DNA from: Pavona decussata
Taxonomy: Eukaryota
Assembly: GCA_977016875.1 (NCBI GenBank)
Contig: CDRNST010000085.1
Span: 496,001 to 560,000, forward strand
Length of the DNA stretch: 64,000 nt
Direction of reading: 5' to 3'
In this document: piece after piece, positions 12,701 through 26,688 of the stretch
Layout of the letters: each line of letters starts with the position of its first letter
How positions within the stretch are numbered: the stretch's first letter is position 1
Position numbers and translations under genes: made by a program
The notes under the pieces: generated by a model
Seen by the model: only the letters and a program-made list of their open reading frames with translations
Told to the model about the DNA's origin: nothing
Database searches by the model: none

Positions 12701-15073
12701 AATATTTCAGGGGGCGTGTTATTAAAATTATAGATTGATATTCACTTAACAGTGAAACCCGCTGGGAGTTACGTGTACTTTGTGGATTAATGATTTAACA
12801 ATTGGGTAATCGAGCTCGGTACGTTCAAAGGAAATTTCTCAACAGCTGTCTCTCACTGTTTCCATGAACACTTTGAACAGTCGATTCACGCGTTCAGTGG
12901 ATTAATATATCCAAAATTGTTAAAATTGTTTTTCAGTAAAGGGTTAAGCTTTAAAAATTCCAGACTGTTGAAAATAATTACCATATTTAATATTTTGAGG
13001 CTGCCTTAATTTCCAACTTCTAAAAGTAATCAGAGGTTATGGATTTGCTTAAGGGCTGCCTGAATTTCAAACGTTAAAAAATCGATTTTAAAGATTTGCT
13101 TCCGGAAAATGACGTTAAATCAACCCAGCCGCTAGAGTTTGGTTTCTCAATTCGTTTTTACTTCAGGGAAACGTGAAAATTAATACCAATCTTTTATTCC
13201 GGGAGTAGAATTCGATGGTTTTCTGTAAAGGTTTTTATGGCAGGGGGCGGGGAGGGCGAGGAGAAATAGCAATGGCGATATGGGTTATGTTCAAGAAATA
13301 TGCCTTCATAAATTACGATGCTCGATTCAAAGTAGTTTTCGTATTAAAAACAAAATATTTCGGGGCATATTAACATTTGGATTCATATGCACTTAAAATC
13401 AAGCACGGTCAGTTTCTTACATCTATTATCCCAATCGCGATAGGGCTCCTCCAAGCGGGTAAACGTTTTTACTGCCGCGGCGTCTGTGATTCAGCATAAG
13501 ATTTGTCTCTTTACAACAGGGGAAAACAGCGTGAAGTGCTTTGATTGTATGCGAAACAAAATATCAAATAACGCGTAAAAGGCGAAATCTGAAAACAAAA
13601 ATTATTCAAAGACTTATAAAGCACTATCACCAAGTCAACGTCCGAGAGTGCTTGAATACCAAAACATATAAACTAAGAGAGTTAAAACACCTCAAATCTT
13701 AGCATGTGAATAAGGAACTTAATATCTCAGGCAAACGATCATTCTTTTAGAATCTCAGCTAATCTAGTTGAGCTTGAGGGAGGTGTAACCGTGTTTTAAT
13801 TTTTTCAGACATCCGTCTGCGAGTGTATGTGAGAAGTCTGTGGGAAATATATAGTCAACTGCGAGGAAAAATTGAAAATGTGATTGCTTTAATTCAACCA
13901 CATTGCCTCTCTTGGTTAATTAGAACTCTTCAGTGCTATTGCCATCGTAATCGACCGCGACGTTCTACATGTTGAAGCAAATCAATCAGGCAAAATGCGT
14001 CGTTGTTCATGCGACTTGGTGTTTTTAAGGGAATAATTGCTTCACGGGCATGTTTTTTGAAATTTATATTTGTTTTCGTCTTTTTCTAAAAAAAAACGTT
14101 TATCGTCGTGGCTTTTGCATTTTATGCAATTTTAGTGTTTCTTCATTGATTTGAACTATTTTAAAGTAAATTTGGACTTTTTATGAGGTTTCGAGGAATC
14201 GAAAAAAATCCAAGATGGCGGCTGAGCAGAACTAATGACGTAATCCTAGGTATATATCTCATAGTCGCACCTAAAAGTGAATTACAATGTGTTTACAGAG
14301 AATTCGAAAATTTACTATGTCTTTTATCAAAGCTACAAGGGGACTGGGATTACAAACATGTAAAACTATAGAGATAATTGTCTCATTTTAGGGAACTCAA
14401 AGAAAGCAGCTTTAGACGTACTAAGCTAAGATAACATTGATGCGCCTTGCGAAAGGGCAGAGTCATAAGAATGCAGATACTTAAAGACCTAAGAAAGAAA
14501 CAGTATAAATAGGCTTAAAGTTCGGTTCAAAATTTAATAGTCTTTTTGGTCATGTTTAAATCATTTTCCAAAGTGTGGATGTTGTTAAGAAGATAGGTCA
14601 AATATCAATATATTATAATCATCGTTCGTGAGATCTGCTTGGCTAAATAATATTGCGGTTTAGTAGCACACTTATTTCAATCAAGGCCTAGAATAGGTCA
14701 TAAGTAAACAACTGCAAGAAATATAATAAATAACTGCTTTTTATTAAGGCAAGGACGTGTTGAAGATAAAAAAAACGCTCTAAAAGCTGTTTATTTGTAA
14801 CTGTCCTTAGAATTACAATTCTAAGGACAGTTACTTGGACCTAGAAATTAAACTTCAAACTAAAATCTTAGACAGAATTATTCGGCACCGCCACCCGGTC
14901 TCCAACAAAAAGAACCGAAACAAAACGAAACAGTTTTTTTGTCTTTAAAGAGTGGGCGTTTGATCACAGGTTAAACGTGCGGCTGCATATGGGTAAAGTA
15001 AATAATAGCCTCAGGGACTATTTAGGTTTGGCAAAATAACCATTATTTTGGCTGTTGTGATAGGCCGAAAACA

Positions 15074-16613
15074 GTTTGTTGAAAAAACATTCTAAGAATG
15101 CTTTGACCAAAGTTGAAAGTTAATGTTAACAATAACACTCTTGCATTTTAAAAAGTGTCGTTAATTTTTTATTTATTATCTTTTAAGGACTGGGAAATTA
15201 TTTTGCGGACTTATGGTCTAAAAAAAGCCATTTTAAGGTATTTCATTATTTTTTCTTATATGAAAGATCGTCAAAACTGCGATGAATTTTTCATTTCTTC
15301 TGCAATATTCATATTTCACTTAAATTTACAAATAATTTTTGTTTTTTGGTATTTACAAATTTATGACAGCTGGGGGTTTGCATCAGTTGCAAATTTTTTA
15401 ATATGGGCAGAAAAATCACTAAAAATGGTAGGGTGCATTTTAGTTGCGATGTTATAAAGAACGTTTGGCTAAATGTTGTGGCTGCTGGACCCAGAATATA
15501 GCTTTAGGTCTCCAATTAAGAACTGGCCTTAAAAATCAATTATTTATGAACAATTGATAGGCAATGATCCTATGAAAGGAAAAAATCATAACACATTGGC
15601 AAGTACTCGAAAAAAATAATAATAAAAAAGCCTCTCGGAGGACGAAACAAGAACCAAGAAAAAATTCATCCCCGTTTTGAAAAACAGATGTACGCGTATA
15701 TTCAATTATGCTTAAGCAGAGTGCCTATTAAGCTTAAAAATGTAACATATGTAACGACATGGATTAAGTCAACGTACCTCCTTCGGGCTGAAATTGATAA
15801 TAAATCTTGACGACCGTTATGGAGATTAAAGCAGCTTGTTGAAAAAACTTTCTAAAAATGCTTTGACCAAAGTTGAAAGTTAATGTTAATAATAACACTC
15901 TTGCATTGCTGAGTTTAAAAAGTGTCGTAAATTTTTTATTTATTATCTTTTAGAGAATTGGGGGCTGTACTGGGAAATTATTTTGCGGACTTATGGTCGA
16001 CAGAAATCCATTTCAAGGTATTTCATTATTTTTTTGTATGAAAGATCGTCAAAACTGCAATGATTTTTTCATTTCTTCTGCAATAATCATATTTCGCTTA
16101 AATTTACAAATAATTTTTGTTTTTTGGTACTGATTTACAAATTTATGACAGCTGGGATTTTGCAATCAGTTGCAAATCTTTTAATATGGGCCGAAAAATC
16201 ACTAACATTGGTAGGGTGCATTTTAGTTGCGATGTTGTAAAGAACGTTTGGCTAAATGCTGTGGCTGCTGGAGCCAGAATATAGCTTTAGGTTTCCAATC
16301 AAGAACTGGCCTTAAAAATCAATTATTTATGAACAATTGATAGGCAATGATCCTATGAAAGAAAAAAATCATAACACATTGGCAAGTACTCAAAATAAAT
16401 AATAATAAAAAAGCCTCTCGGAGGACGAAACAAGAACCAAGAAAAAATTCATCCCCGTTTTGAAAAACAGATGTACGCTTATATTCAATTATGTTAAAGT
16501 AGAGTGCCTATTAAGTTTAAAAATGTAACATATGTAACGACATGGACTAAGTCAACGTACCTCCTTCGGGCTGAAATTGATAATAAATCTTGACGACCGT
16601 TATGGAGATTAAA
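15074..16613. repeat. recent ~770-bp direct tandem duplication (15074-15829 / 15834-16613)
   Basis: Near-identical sequence from TTGTTGAAAAAAC..TTCTAA to GTTATGGAGATTAAA occurs twice. Confidence 0.95.
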
Positions 16614-19600
16614 TATTTATTGTCAAGGCTGTAACTGCGTCATGAAGCAATTTTGCAATAGAAAAAGATTTCTAGAGCTGCACTCCACTTAAGAGAAAAA
16701 GATGAGATGCCACTTGAATACTACGCAGTCAAAAAAGGGCATAAATCACCTTTTCAAATAACCATGTCAAATAACGAGAGGCTGCATTAAGTCGGTAGAT
16801 AGTACGCTTTTCGTTTAATTAAAAAAGGATTCTTTTAGAGGCTTTTTCATATGTAAATTATAGCAGCGTTGGTGGAAAATCAAACCACTTTGTTCACTTT
16901 ATCGTCGCTTTCAAGAAGTTCGGAAATAACCACACGAATCAACCGGTCTAATTTCGTTAGCAAGGACAAGAAGAAACCGTTGACTCAACTTTGAGGTAAG
17001 GCTACAACTATTTTGTTAAGCGCGATGATCGTTTCACGTTCTTTCCTGTCATAAATTAGTAAACCTTTAAACATTCAACCTTTATGACTGTATTTTTTAG
17101 CGAAAATGTGGTTTTAATGTGACCGTCCAAACGACAGGAACTGACCTTTTAAAATGTTATCCAAAATCAGTATTATTTTGGAGTGTCTAAATTTGAAAAT
17201 AAGACTTTTTAAACCAAAACTTTAGTCTCGGACTTCTCTGGACGAACCTGAGGTTTTGCAGTTTCCAAATTAACTGCTTCCCTAACTTGTCATTTACAGA
17301 GGAAATAGTTGTCAAAAGCACCCTCTTTTAGTAGAATCCCTCGTACAACCAACATCAGAATATTGAGTAAAAGTCTGACCTAACGCAGTTAAAGAATTGA
17401 GACATTCCTAGCTAAAGCCATGAATTTAAAATGTCCCTATTCATACGATATCTGTACTCAGTTCCTCTTGCTTAATTCAGTGTTACGTTGAAACCCACCA
17501 GCAACAACTTTAAAGCAGAGATGGTTAAGGTCTTAGAGTTGAATTCACTTGTTTGTGTTTTAATAAATCGCGTTTTAAAAGAAAATACAAATTTTGGCGA
17601 CAGCCTCAAAAGCCATATTGAAATTCAAAAAGTGGACAAATAACCAGGTTTTTTAAATACAAATTGCCATTACTTCATGTAGATCAACCTCTATTCAAGA
17701 AAGTATATATAAAATTGTTAACCGGGCCACCTGCGGTCGAGAATTCCGAATATCATCTGAATATTTTCCGATGATTGTCCGAAGGTAATACGAACGTTCC
17801 GATCATTCTAGCTGGCGCAAGTTGCAAAAGCGATGATATTTCACATTAGAATATAACCGAATTTAGGAGTTGCAAAATTTAATGTGAATGTAATTGAAGC
17901 CCCTGGAAGATTGACAAAAGCCACAGTAAATCACCTTAAAAAGCGCACAAGCCAACATGTAACACAGATTTATTGTTAGAAGTGAATGGACCAAACTATG
18001 TTCCTAGCAGAGGATCATTCAAGCGTGGATGCCAAAAATAAATAGACGGTAGGTTGACCCTGGGTTTCCAATCACTCACAAGTCAACGAAAACTCGCAGC
18101 TGACAAATCATTTTGACGCCCAAACCGATTTTGGTCGCTGAAGTTCAAGTTATATGGGGCCAAAGAACTTCAATTCAAGTTGCAAATCAAATACCATTTG
18201 TAAGGCTTGAGACGATCAACTTTAATAGAATGGAGCGTCAAGAACAAATTTTCGCCATAATACACCGCTATTCAAAAGACAAATTTTTCTGGGACAAGTA
18301 AACTTAAATTGTCCATTTACTCAGCATTCAACGTCTAGATCTGTTCGTCCGATTTTTGTAAGTAAAAACTTGTCCCGGGCAGGCGATTTACTCTTATCAG
18401 GATGTTTACATGACGAAAAGTTTACCCTCTTTCTGGGATGATCGTATCTCTTAGCTTGGATGATTCACCCCATAAGGATCATTCTAGCAAGAGGGTCAAC
18501 TCAATGTAGAAAGAATATGGCTCTAGGCTGATCAGCTACAAGGATCATCCTGGTTTTTTGTGTTTGTTAAATGAATTCGCCGCATGACAAATTCAAAAAC
18601 AAAGATAGCCTTAGATCATAAAGTTCACACTGAATGCGGGTTTAGATTTGGTCTGGGACATTTATCTGGAGTATGGATTCTTTGCATTCATAATCCGTTT
18701 GGATTTTTAGAATTATAGAAAAAAAATAACGCAATAACTAAAAAGGAAAAACAGGCAAACAAACAAGCTTGATGAAACAAATCCAGTTTTGGATTCAAAA
18801 ATCTGGTGGATCATGACATTTTCTCAAAAAAGGCACTCTTATTATTTTTATATTTTATTTTAATATTTTAAAAATTTTATCTGTTACTTAATGATTATTG
18901 TTGTCGACAGCCATGATGCCAAAAACAATTAAGCTATTATTAATTATAAGTCACGTTTGTCAAGTCTACTTTTTATGAACGTAACTTAATGAATCTTATA
19001 AACCCTGGGCATTAATTGCCTGCATAATCGAAATTTCATAACATAAGTTAAACGCCAGCTGTCAACGTTGGCGTTTGAACTGGATCGCTACTGGATTTTA
19101 TATTTAGTATATGTCAACAAAGCATCAATTACTTTGATCAAGGAATATTATCAAGCTTCCCTTTTGTTTGTTAAGGCGAAAGTGCCTTGCGAACAGAAAT
19201 GTTATTTTTAGCATGAGTATTTGCCCATCAGTGTGATGCAATATGTATCAGCAAATTACAAATTTTTGTATGAAATTAATTAGTTGTGAGTCTGTGCTGT
19301 TGACAACCAACAGCCTGTCGACCAACGTTCAATCTTAGACCTGCAAATTAATTAGGATTCATTTAACCCAAGATTAGAATTGAAATGGAGTGAAGTGCTT
19401 TGCACTGAAACAAAGAAAATACCTCATCCGTGAAATCAACTTTCTGCCAGAATTTGGCCTTCCCACCACTTTCTGAGAAGAACGTCTTTGGTACAGACTC
19501 AGCGCATAGTGCCACAAATCAACCTCGGAGAAGCCGGAAAGTCAACAATAGTTAAATGTGATCCAATAACGGATCTCTGTCTCTATTTATACCTTTGAAC

Positions 19601-19949
19601 TCCGTGCACCTTCGAGATCAGTATTTCATTTGACGGAATGGAAAAATTAAAAGCACGAAGTGAAAACAAAAACATATTTTTAAGAGAATGGGCATCAAAA
19701 TTGGTGTTCATCTAAGATTTGTCAACACCCTCTCTATACAATTTTAAGGAAATGCACGATCAGAGAAGATGTATTGTTTATCAGTAGATAGATGTTTCAG
19801 TTTGTGTAATATTTACCGAGATGCTATTAGCACAGTAATAAAGTAATCAGCCGCCCGATGGCCAAACATTGAGATTTCATTCCATACTCAAAAGCTAGAA
19901 TTTTACTTTCATAATAGTAATAATAATGAATCTTCAACGAGAAAGCCTA

Positions 19950-19995
<46 letters not shown>
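19950..19995. repeat. (CAT)n microsatellite
   Basis: Direct reading. Confidence 0.95.
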
Positions 19996-20224
19996 GAAGT
20001 TGTTTACAGAAAGTTCCTCAATTAAGACCTAAACTAAATTAAAGTAAGATCTACACTAATATTAAAGCAACTATCAATAGATAAGTAAAAATTAAGAAAG
20101 GAGAAATTTAGATTAATGACATGCCAAAATTCATGCTCAATAACTACTGGAAATAAAACTACGGATTAAAATTTGGCTTTGGACAAGCCGCGCTTTAATT
20201 CAGCTATTGTTATGTTTCTCTTAA

Positions 20225-20507
20225 GGTCCGTTTAAACCGTTTCAACATTTGAGCGACATTCGTTCAGCAAAAGTTGAACGGATGTTGGGCAAATGTTGAA
20301 CGGAGTGTTCAAACGGCTTCAACACCATTCAACATTTTCGAGAAAGAGGAAATGTTGTATGGATGTTAAATGAAAGTTTAAACCGATTTAAATTTGATTC
20401 AACACGCTTTCAACATTGTTGGACGACCTGTTCAAACGCCCCCAACATTTGGTTCAACAAAGTTTGAGCGCATGTTGAACCGAATGTTGAAACCGTTTAA
20501 ACGGGCC
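20225..20507. mobile_element. MITE, same family as 3647-3903
   Basis: TIRs GGTCCGTTTAAACCGTTTCAACATT...AATGTTGAAACCGTTTAAACGGGCC flanked by TAA/TTT. Confidence 0.85.
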
Positions 20508-20706
20508 TTTAGAGTTATTTCTAGGGCATTCCATACATCAGCAGCAAAGTTTAGAGTAGTCTAATGCCCCCATCTTCAAAGGTACTCTGGTTTTCCCCTC
20601 CCCCCAAAACCCAACATTTCCAAATTCCAATTCTATCTGTATTGTTGTCAAGCACTTTATTCTGAACCTCTGTCTCTGTCTCTTGCAGAAGCACTCCCCG
20701 TTTTAT

Positions 20707-21028
20707 NNNNNNNNNNNNNNNNNNNNNNNNNNNNNNNNNNNNNNNNNNNNNNNNNNNNNNNNNNNNNNNNNNNNNNNNNNNNNNNNNNNNNNNNNNNNNN
20801 NNNNNNNNNNNNNNNNNNNNNNNNNNNNNNNNNNNNNNNNNNNNNNNNNNNNNNNNNNNNNNNNNNNNNNNNNNNNNNNNNNNNNNNNNNNNNNNNNNNN
20901 NNNNNNNNNNNNNNNNNNNNNNNNNNNNNNNNNNNNNNNNNNNNNNNNNNNNNNNNNNNNNNNNNNNNNNNNNNNNNNNNNNNNNNNNNNNNNNNNNNNN
21001 NNNNNNNNNNNNNNNNNNNNNNNNNNNN
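20707..21028. other. assembly gap (N run)
   Basis: Run of N. Confidence 1.
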
Positions 21029-24000
21029 TGAAGTACACGCCTTCAAAAGTACCGCTTCGCCTGAAAATAAAGGTTCCTTGATTTTTCCCTTTCGTCAGCA
21101 GTTTATAAGTAGAAAGTTCTTGAAAAAAGATTATGAATCTTAAAACCCTGGTTCTTTGTTAAGTAAATCTCAACAGTTTGCTAACCCCTGAAGATATTCT
21201 GTTAGTAGATGCTGAGGGCTAAATTCGTAAGTTATTTAGTTAGACAAAAAAACCTTGGTTCCCAAGATAAGGCATCCTAAATTGAGTGGAAATAGACAAA
21301 CTTCAAGTTTATTATCTAGATCTTTCAAGTTTTTTTTCACTCATTTCTTGAAATTGAAATCCTTTTTTTTCTGTTATTCCCGAAATGAGCACTCAGAGAA
21401 AAACCTCTGAGAACGAAGAACAAAGTTTTCCCCATTAAAAAAAAGAAAAGAAAAAAGAAAAAAACTGTACGCTTCTGGTCAATTATGCTAAAATAATATG
21501 CCTATAAAGTTTAAACATGTAGAATATGTAATGGCATGGATTGAGACAACGTATCTCCTTCAGGCAGGAAACTGAAAACGAATTTTGAAGAGGTTTAATT
21601 CTCCAAAGTTCATGTTAACGAGATTGAATATTTATTAACAAGGCTGTAAATGGACTAAATGCGCCATGAAGCGATTTTGCAATAGAAAAGATTTCAAGAG
21701 CTGCACTCCACTTAAGAAAGAGAGAGAAAAAAGGTGGCCACTTGGCTATCGCTCATAAAGCGTTCATAAATCATCTTTTCAAATAAGCATGTCAAATAAT
21801 ATAATGTGAGGCTACATTGAGTCGGTAGACAGTAGGCTTTTCGTTTAATTAAAGAAAAAGGATTCTATTAGAAGCTATTTCATATGTAGATTAGAGCAGC
21901 GCTGGTGGAAAATTAAACCCTTTCGTTCACTTTATCGAATGAGTGGCTTTGAAGAAATTTCGATTATCTATTGGTTCTGAAATAACCGCGCTAGACAGCC
22001 GGTCCAATGTCGGTAGCAAGGACAAGAAGAAACACTTAACTTTGAGGTAAGGCTAAAAGTATTTTTTAAGCATGATAATCGTTTAACATTCTGTCCAAAA
22101 TTACTAAATCATCAACCATTCAACCTTTATGGGTGTATTTTTTAAACAAACATGTATCTTTTTTTTTCTTGACGGTGTAAATGGCAGTATTTACGCTTTG
22201 CCTTCATGTTGAGCTGACCTTTTAAAATATTAGTCAAAATTCTATTTTGGTGTGTTATAATTTCAATAGAACAATTTTTAAACCAAAATATTAGTCTTAG
22301 ACTTCTCTAAACGAACCTGGGTTTTGCGGTTTCCAAATTAACGACTTTGCTTAACTTGCAATTTACAGGGGAAATATTTGTCAAAAAAGATGCTATTTTA
22401 GTAGAACTTTTATTTGAGTTGAAGCCTGACCTAATGGAGTTGAAAAAGATGAGACATTCCCGGCTAAAGGCATTATTTCAAAATTTTCCTATTTATACGA
22501 TATCTGTACTCATTCCTTCCCCCTTACTTCTATGTTGTGCGAATTTCGGGGTGCCGTTAAAACCCACCAGCAACAACATTACAGAAGAGATGAGTAAGGT
22601 CTTAGAATTAAAGTCGCTTGTTTATGTTTCAACAAAATCGCGTTTTAAAAGAAAATACTTATGCTGGCGACGGCATCTGAACCATATTGAAATAAGGTAA
22701 AAAAATGGGTGAATAACCATGGTTTGCAGAGATCGATTTTTAAACGAATATATTGTCATTGCTTCTAGAAAGTCAACTTATATTCAACCGTACCATCTGG
22801 GGTCAAGATTTCCGAATATCATCTGAAAATTTCTGACGATTGCCCGAAGGAGATACCAACGTTTCAAGCACCTGGAAGATTGGCAAAAGTCGCAGTATAT
22901 CAAACAAGCCAACATGTAAGACATTTATATCGCCGCCGCAAATCATTTCGCTCACACCGATTTTTGTCGCTGAAGTTCAAGTCAAATTGGCCCACAGAAC
23001 TTCTGTTCAAGTTCCAAATCAAATACCATTTGTATAGAATTTGTAGCAAGTTTCAAAGGCCTCAGGCGATCAAACTAGAATGAAGAAGCAGTACCAAATT
23101 TTCGACGAAAAACGCTACTATACAAAGACAACTTCTTTCTAGAACAGGTGAATTTACATCGCATGAATTCAAGGCGGCCCACGCACTTTTAAGTACTTGA
23201 ATATCCCCATTTCCGCGAATTAAATTGTACCTTAATGCCCAGGACCAGCTCCCAGCTGACCTGATAGCTCAGTTGATTAGAGCGCTGGCGAACCAAATTT
23301 CCTTCACAGGGTAGGCAAACCCTCAATTTGGCACTCAAACAGAAATAATTTCATTCCATTTCTAATAGTTAATGCACCTGAACATGCACAGTGGATGGAA
23401 TTAGTTGAACAAAGAAAAACGAAATCACTTATTATTCAAGCATTGAATGACAGCTTTGTCTATAAAGAGGGAAAACATTAAAGGTGAAATAATGTCTGTC
23501 GGTGCCGATCGAGCTTCGAACTGAACAGGACAGTTAAAAATTGTCGTCCACAGGTGAGATGGCTTTAGGTTTGGCCCTTTAATCGCTTAGTTTCTACAAC
23601 TGCCAACTCGTTATACTAAGAAGTTAATTAATTTTAAGAACATAGAATCATAGAAGACTACTTTTTTCAAGAATATAAGCCGGAAAGTACTGTTCAGAAG
23701 CTTTCATTTGATTCACACAGCACAATAAGCCGTACGCAAACGTAGCACAGGAAAGTACTGCTTAGTAGCATTCATTTAACCTGTTAAAGGTCAGGATAAA
23801 TAACATATCATCTAAAGACTCAAGAGGTTAAAGCCATATTGAAAGGAATTAAAAACAGTGTCTCCATAAGTCCTGCACAGTGCAATGATTAATCTATCCC
23901 AATGGTCACAATTCAGGAAGTCATAATCAGGTGGCCTCAATGTGGAGCATAATAAACAACACCACAGCTGACATTGCTTTTAATACAATGTGTATTACAC

Positions 24001-26643
24001 TTGGCAATTCCATGTACAGACGTTACAACTGGAATCACCGCATCTAAACACTTGCTTTTGCCACTGGGAAGAGAGCGAAGTGAGTCGGTTGCATTCCAGG
24101 TAAAATATCAGTCATTAACTAGGATTTATTTGCATAAAAGTGAAGCCGTGTTGTGAATTAATGAGTATTGCTACCTGGAACTAATTAAATCCAAACTGCA
24201 TAATCCCGCTTTTTTCTTTTTCCTGATTTCATCAAGGGAAGCGCATCCATCATGATTTTCCTTTTCAGACCTCCTCAATTCAGACTTCTGAGTAAGTAAC
24301 ACGCCCTTGCATTAGCCTTGCACTTTTTTAATCCATAATCTAATTATCTCAATAGTGCCGTCTCCAATTTCGAGCTTTCATATGTCTCTTTTCTAAGATT
24401 CCTACTTATTATCAAAGAAAATGTGCCGACTATCTGCAATACTGTGGTAAAAGCTTAATTTTTCATATTCTTTAAGTTTGCACCTGTTACACTAAAAGCT
24501 TTCCTAAACTATCAAAATTATCAACAAACAATAGTGTTGAGCATCAATTTCTCTATTTATACCTTTCAACTCCGTGCACTTTCGAAATCAATATTTTCAT
24601 TTGACGGAATGGAAAACCACAAAGTTTAATAGAAAAACTACTTTTCAGAAAAATGCATCAAAATTGGTATCCCTGTAATTCTTGTCAGTGTCAAGAATTG
24701 CAATATCAAGAGACGACACAATCAAAGAGAATGTATTGTTTATCAGTAAATATACATTTCATTTTGCAAAACATTTACTGTGAAGCTAACAGCACAGTAA
24801 TATATTACTCAGCTGCCCAATGGCCAAACATCAGGATTTCATTCCATACTCAAAAGCTAGAATTTTACTTTACTAGGACGCAGCAAGCAGCACCGCATGA
24901 AATTAAGGGTACGTTCGATTGACCCTATTCGGGAATAGGAATACACACAACGATAGCAAGAAATCCCTCACAATAATTTTTTGGAGTTACTGGGGTACAA
25001 AATCGCTTTTAAATTATCAAGTGTCAGCGAAAGTTTGCAGCAGTGTCTTCCCATAATGCTTGTTCCATTAGAAAAGACGAACACAGTTTCAACGCCCTCA
25101 TTATGCATGATGTGTTCCGCATTCGTTTTCCTAATATTGAAATACATTTAATTTACAATCAATCATCTATTTGTAAATTTCCTTCCGACTATATAAAGTT
25201 TAACAATTAACTCAACTCATCGAAGTAGAAGACGCAGTAGTGCTTGTTCCATTATAAAAGACTTACACAGCTTGAAGTCTTTCATTCTGGTGTGTCCCGC
25301 GTTCGTTTTCCTAATATTGAAACGCAGTTAATTTACAAACAGCATCCTTTTAATTGATTCCCGAACAAAATGATAATGTTCCGATAAACGTTTGTCATTG
25401 TGGAGATAATGCAAGCTCAAAAAGTCAAGCCATCTTAGGGTATATACTGGACCGCTGGACAACTTTAAACTTCGAACGGACTCGCTTTTAATTTAAAAAG
25501 CCTGCGAGCCAGGGTTCGCCGGGAATTAAGGTAAATGATTTTTCTCTTTCGTTAGAAGTTTAGAAAGTTCCCTGAACAGATATTTTGTTAGCTGAAGGTT
25601 AAATGCATACGTAAAATAATTAATGAAGAAGTTTGGTTTCCGAGCTAAGGCATTCTAAATTGACTGCAAATAGAAAGTCTTCAGGTCTATTTTCTAGATC
25701 TTTAAGATTTAAAAAAAGAAATCTCACATATTTCACATATTTCTTTCGTGTGAAATTTAAATTTGCTTTTATCTCCAAGAAATAGCTCACTGTTATCCCC
25801 GAAATGATTTCTTGGCCAAACTTAGCGGCCAGCACTAGTACTTGGTTTTGTTTAGATTTAAAATTCGCGGCTTTAAGTAACCTCGCAAAGCCGATCTACT
25901 GTCTAAATGTACCTTAAAGCTCTTTGCTGGAAGGCATTGAATAATGACAGCTTTGTCTATAAAGAAGGGAAAACATTAAAGGCGAAATAATGTGTATGCC
26001 GGTGCCGATGGATGTAATTTCCTTTCTCAATGCAGTTGAAACTTGAATCCAACATTGACACTTTAAAGAAGGAATGATCCTTTTTGAATGTAAGGTACGT
26101 TATTGAATTGACAAAGATAATGCTCTGATGCGATCGTTTTACAACTTTCGTCAAGTCACTGAATCAAATGCTCCATCACTAGGCGAATCTTCTTTGACTG
26201 TCATTTTTGGCTGCATTGAACCTCGGGCACGTTTTTCAGCCACTTGCCATACACTTTTTTTTAGTTCGTGACCAAGTCCTTTAGGATGTATGATACAAGA
26301 TCGGAGGGGGAGCAGACATTGATAACCTTGTGAAGGTCGCTCGACGACCTTCGGTCTTCACTTTGCGATAACTTTGATCTCAACTTCGCTCCTTTTTTGC
26401 CAATGGAATTCCAGAAGGTGTTACAATTATGATTTAGCCTCACACAGAACAGTGTTTAAAGAAGAAACTGCTACATTGTAGTCTAAATACTATTTGAATT
26501 TAACGAGTACCGTGAATTTCTATCTGCACAGTTAAAAGGACTGCTTTGTTAGACGTGGGATGTTGTTATCCAAGTATTTATCGACTTATTTATTTCGCGT
26601 GCATTTTCACTTGGCCATCACTGCGTTTTCAGAATACAAAAAC

Positions 26644-26688
<45 letters not shown>
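26644..26688. repeat. (AAT)n microsatellite
   Basis: Direct reading. Confidence 0.95.

Larger units (their letters stand above)
16460..26010. repeat. older direct segmental duplications upstream of the opsin (~16460-18300 vs ~21465-23150; 19580-19915 vs 24550-24870; 21030-21400 vs 25470-25810; 23435-23510 vs 25935-26010)
   Basis: Colinear diverged matches, e.g. GCAATAGAAAA.GATTTC.AGAGCTGCACTCCACTTAAG, GAAACCCACCAGCAACAAC, TCTATTTATACCTTT.AACTCCGTGCAC. Confidence 0.85.

Noticed and set aside
26010-26450. GC-richer segment that might be a decayed coding fragment
   Set aside because: No recognisable motif in any frame I could read; not supportable without a search.
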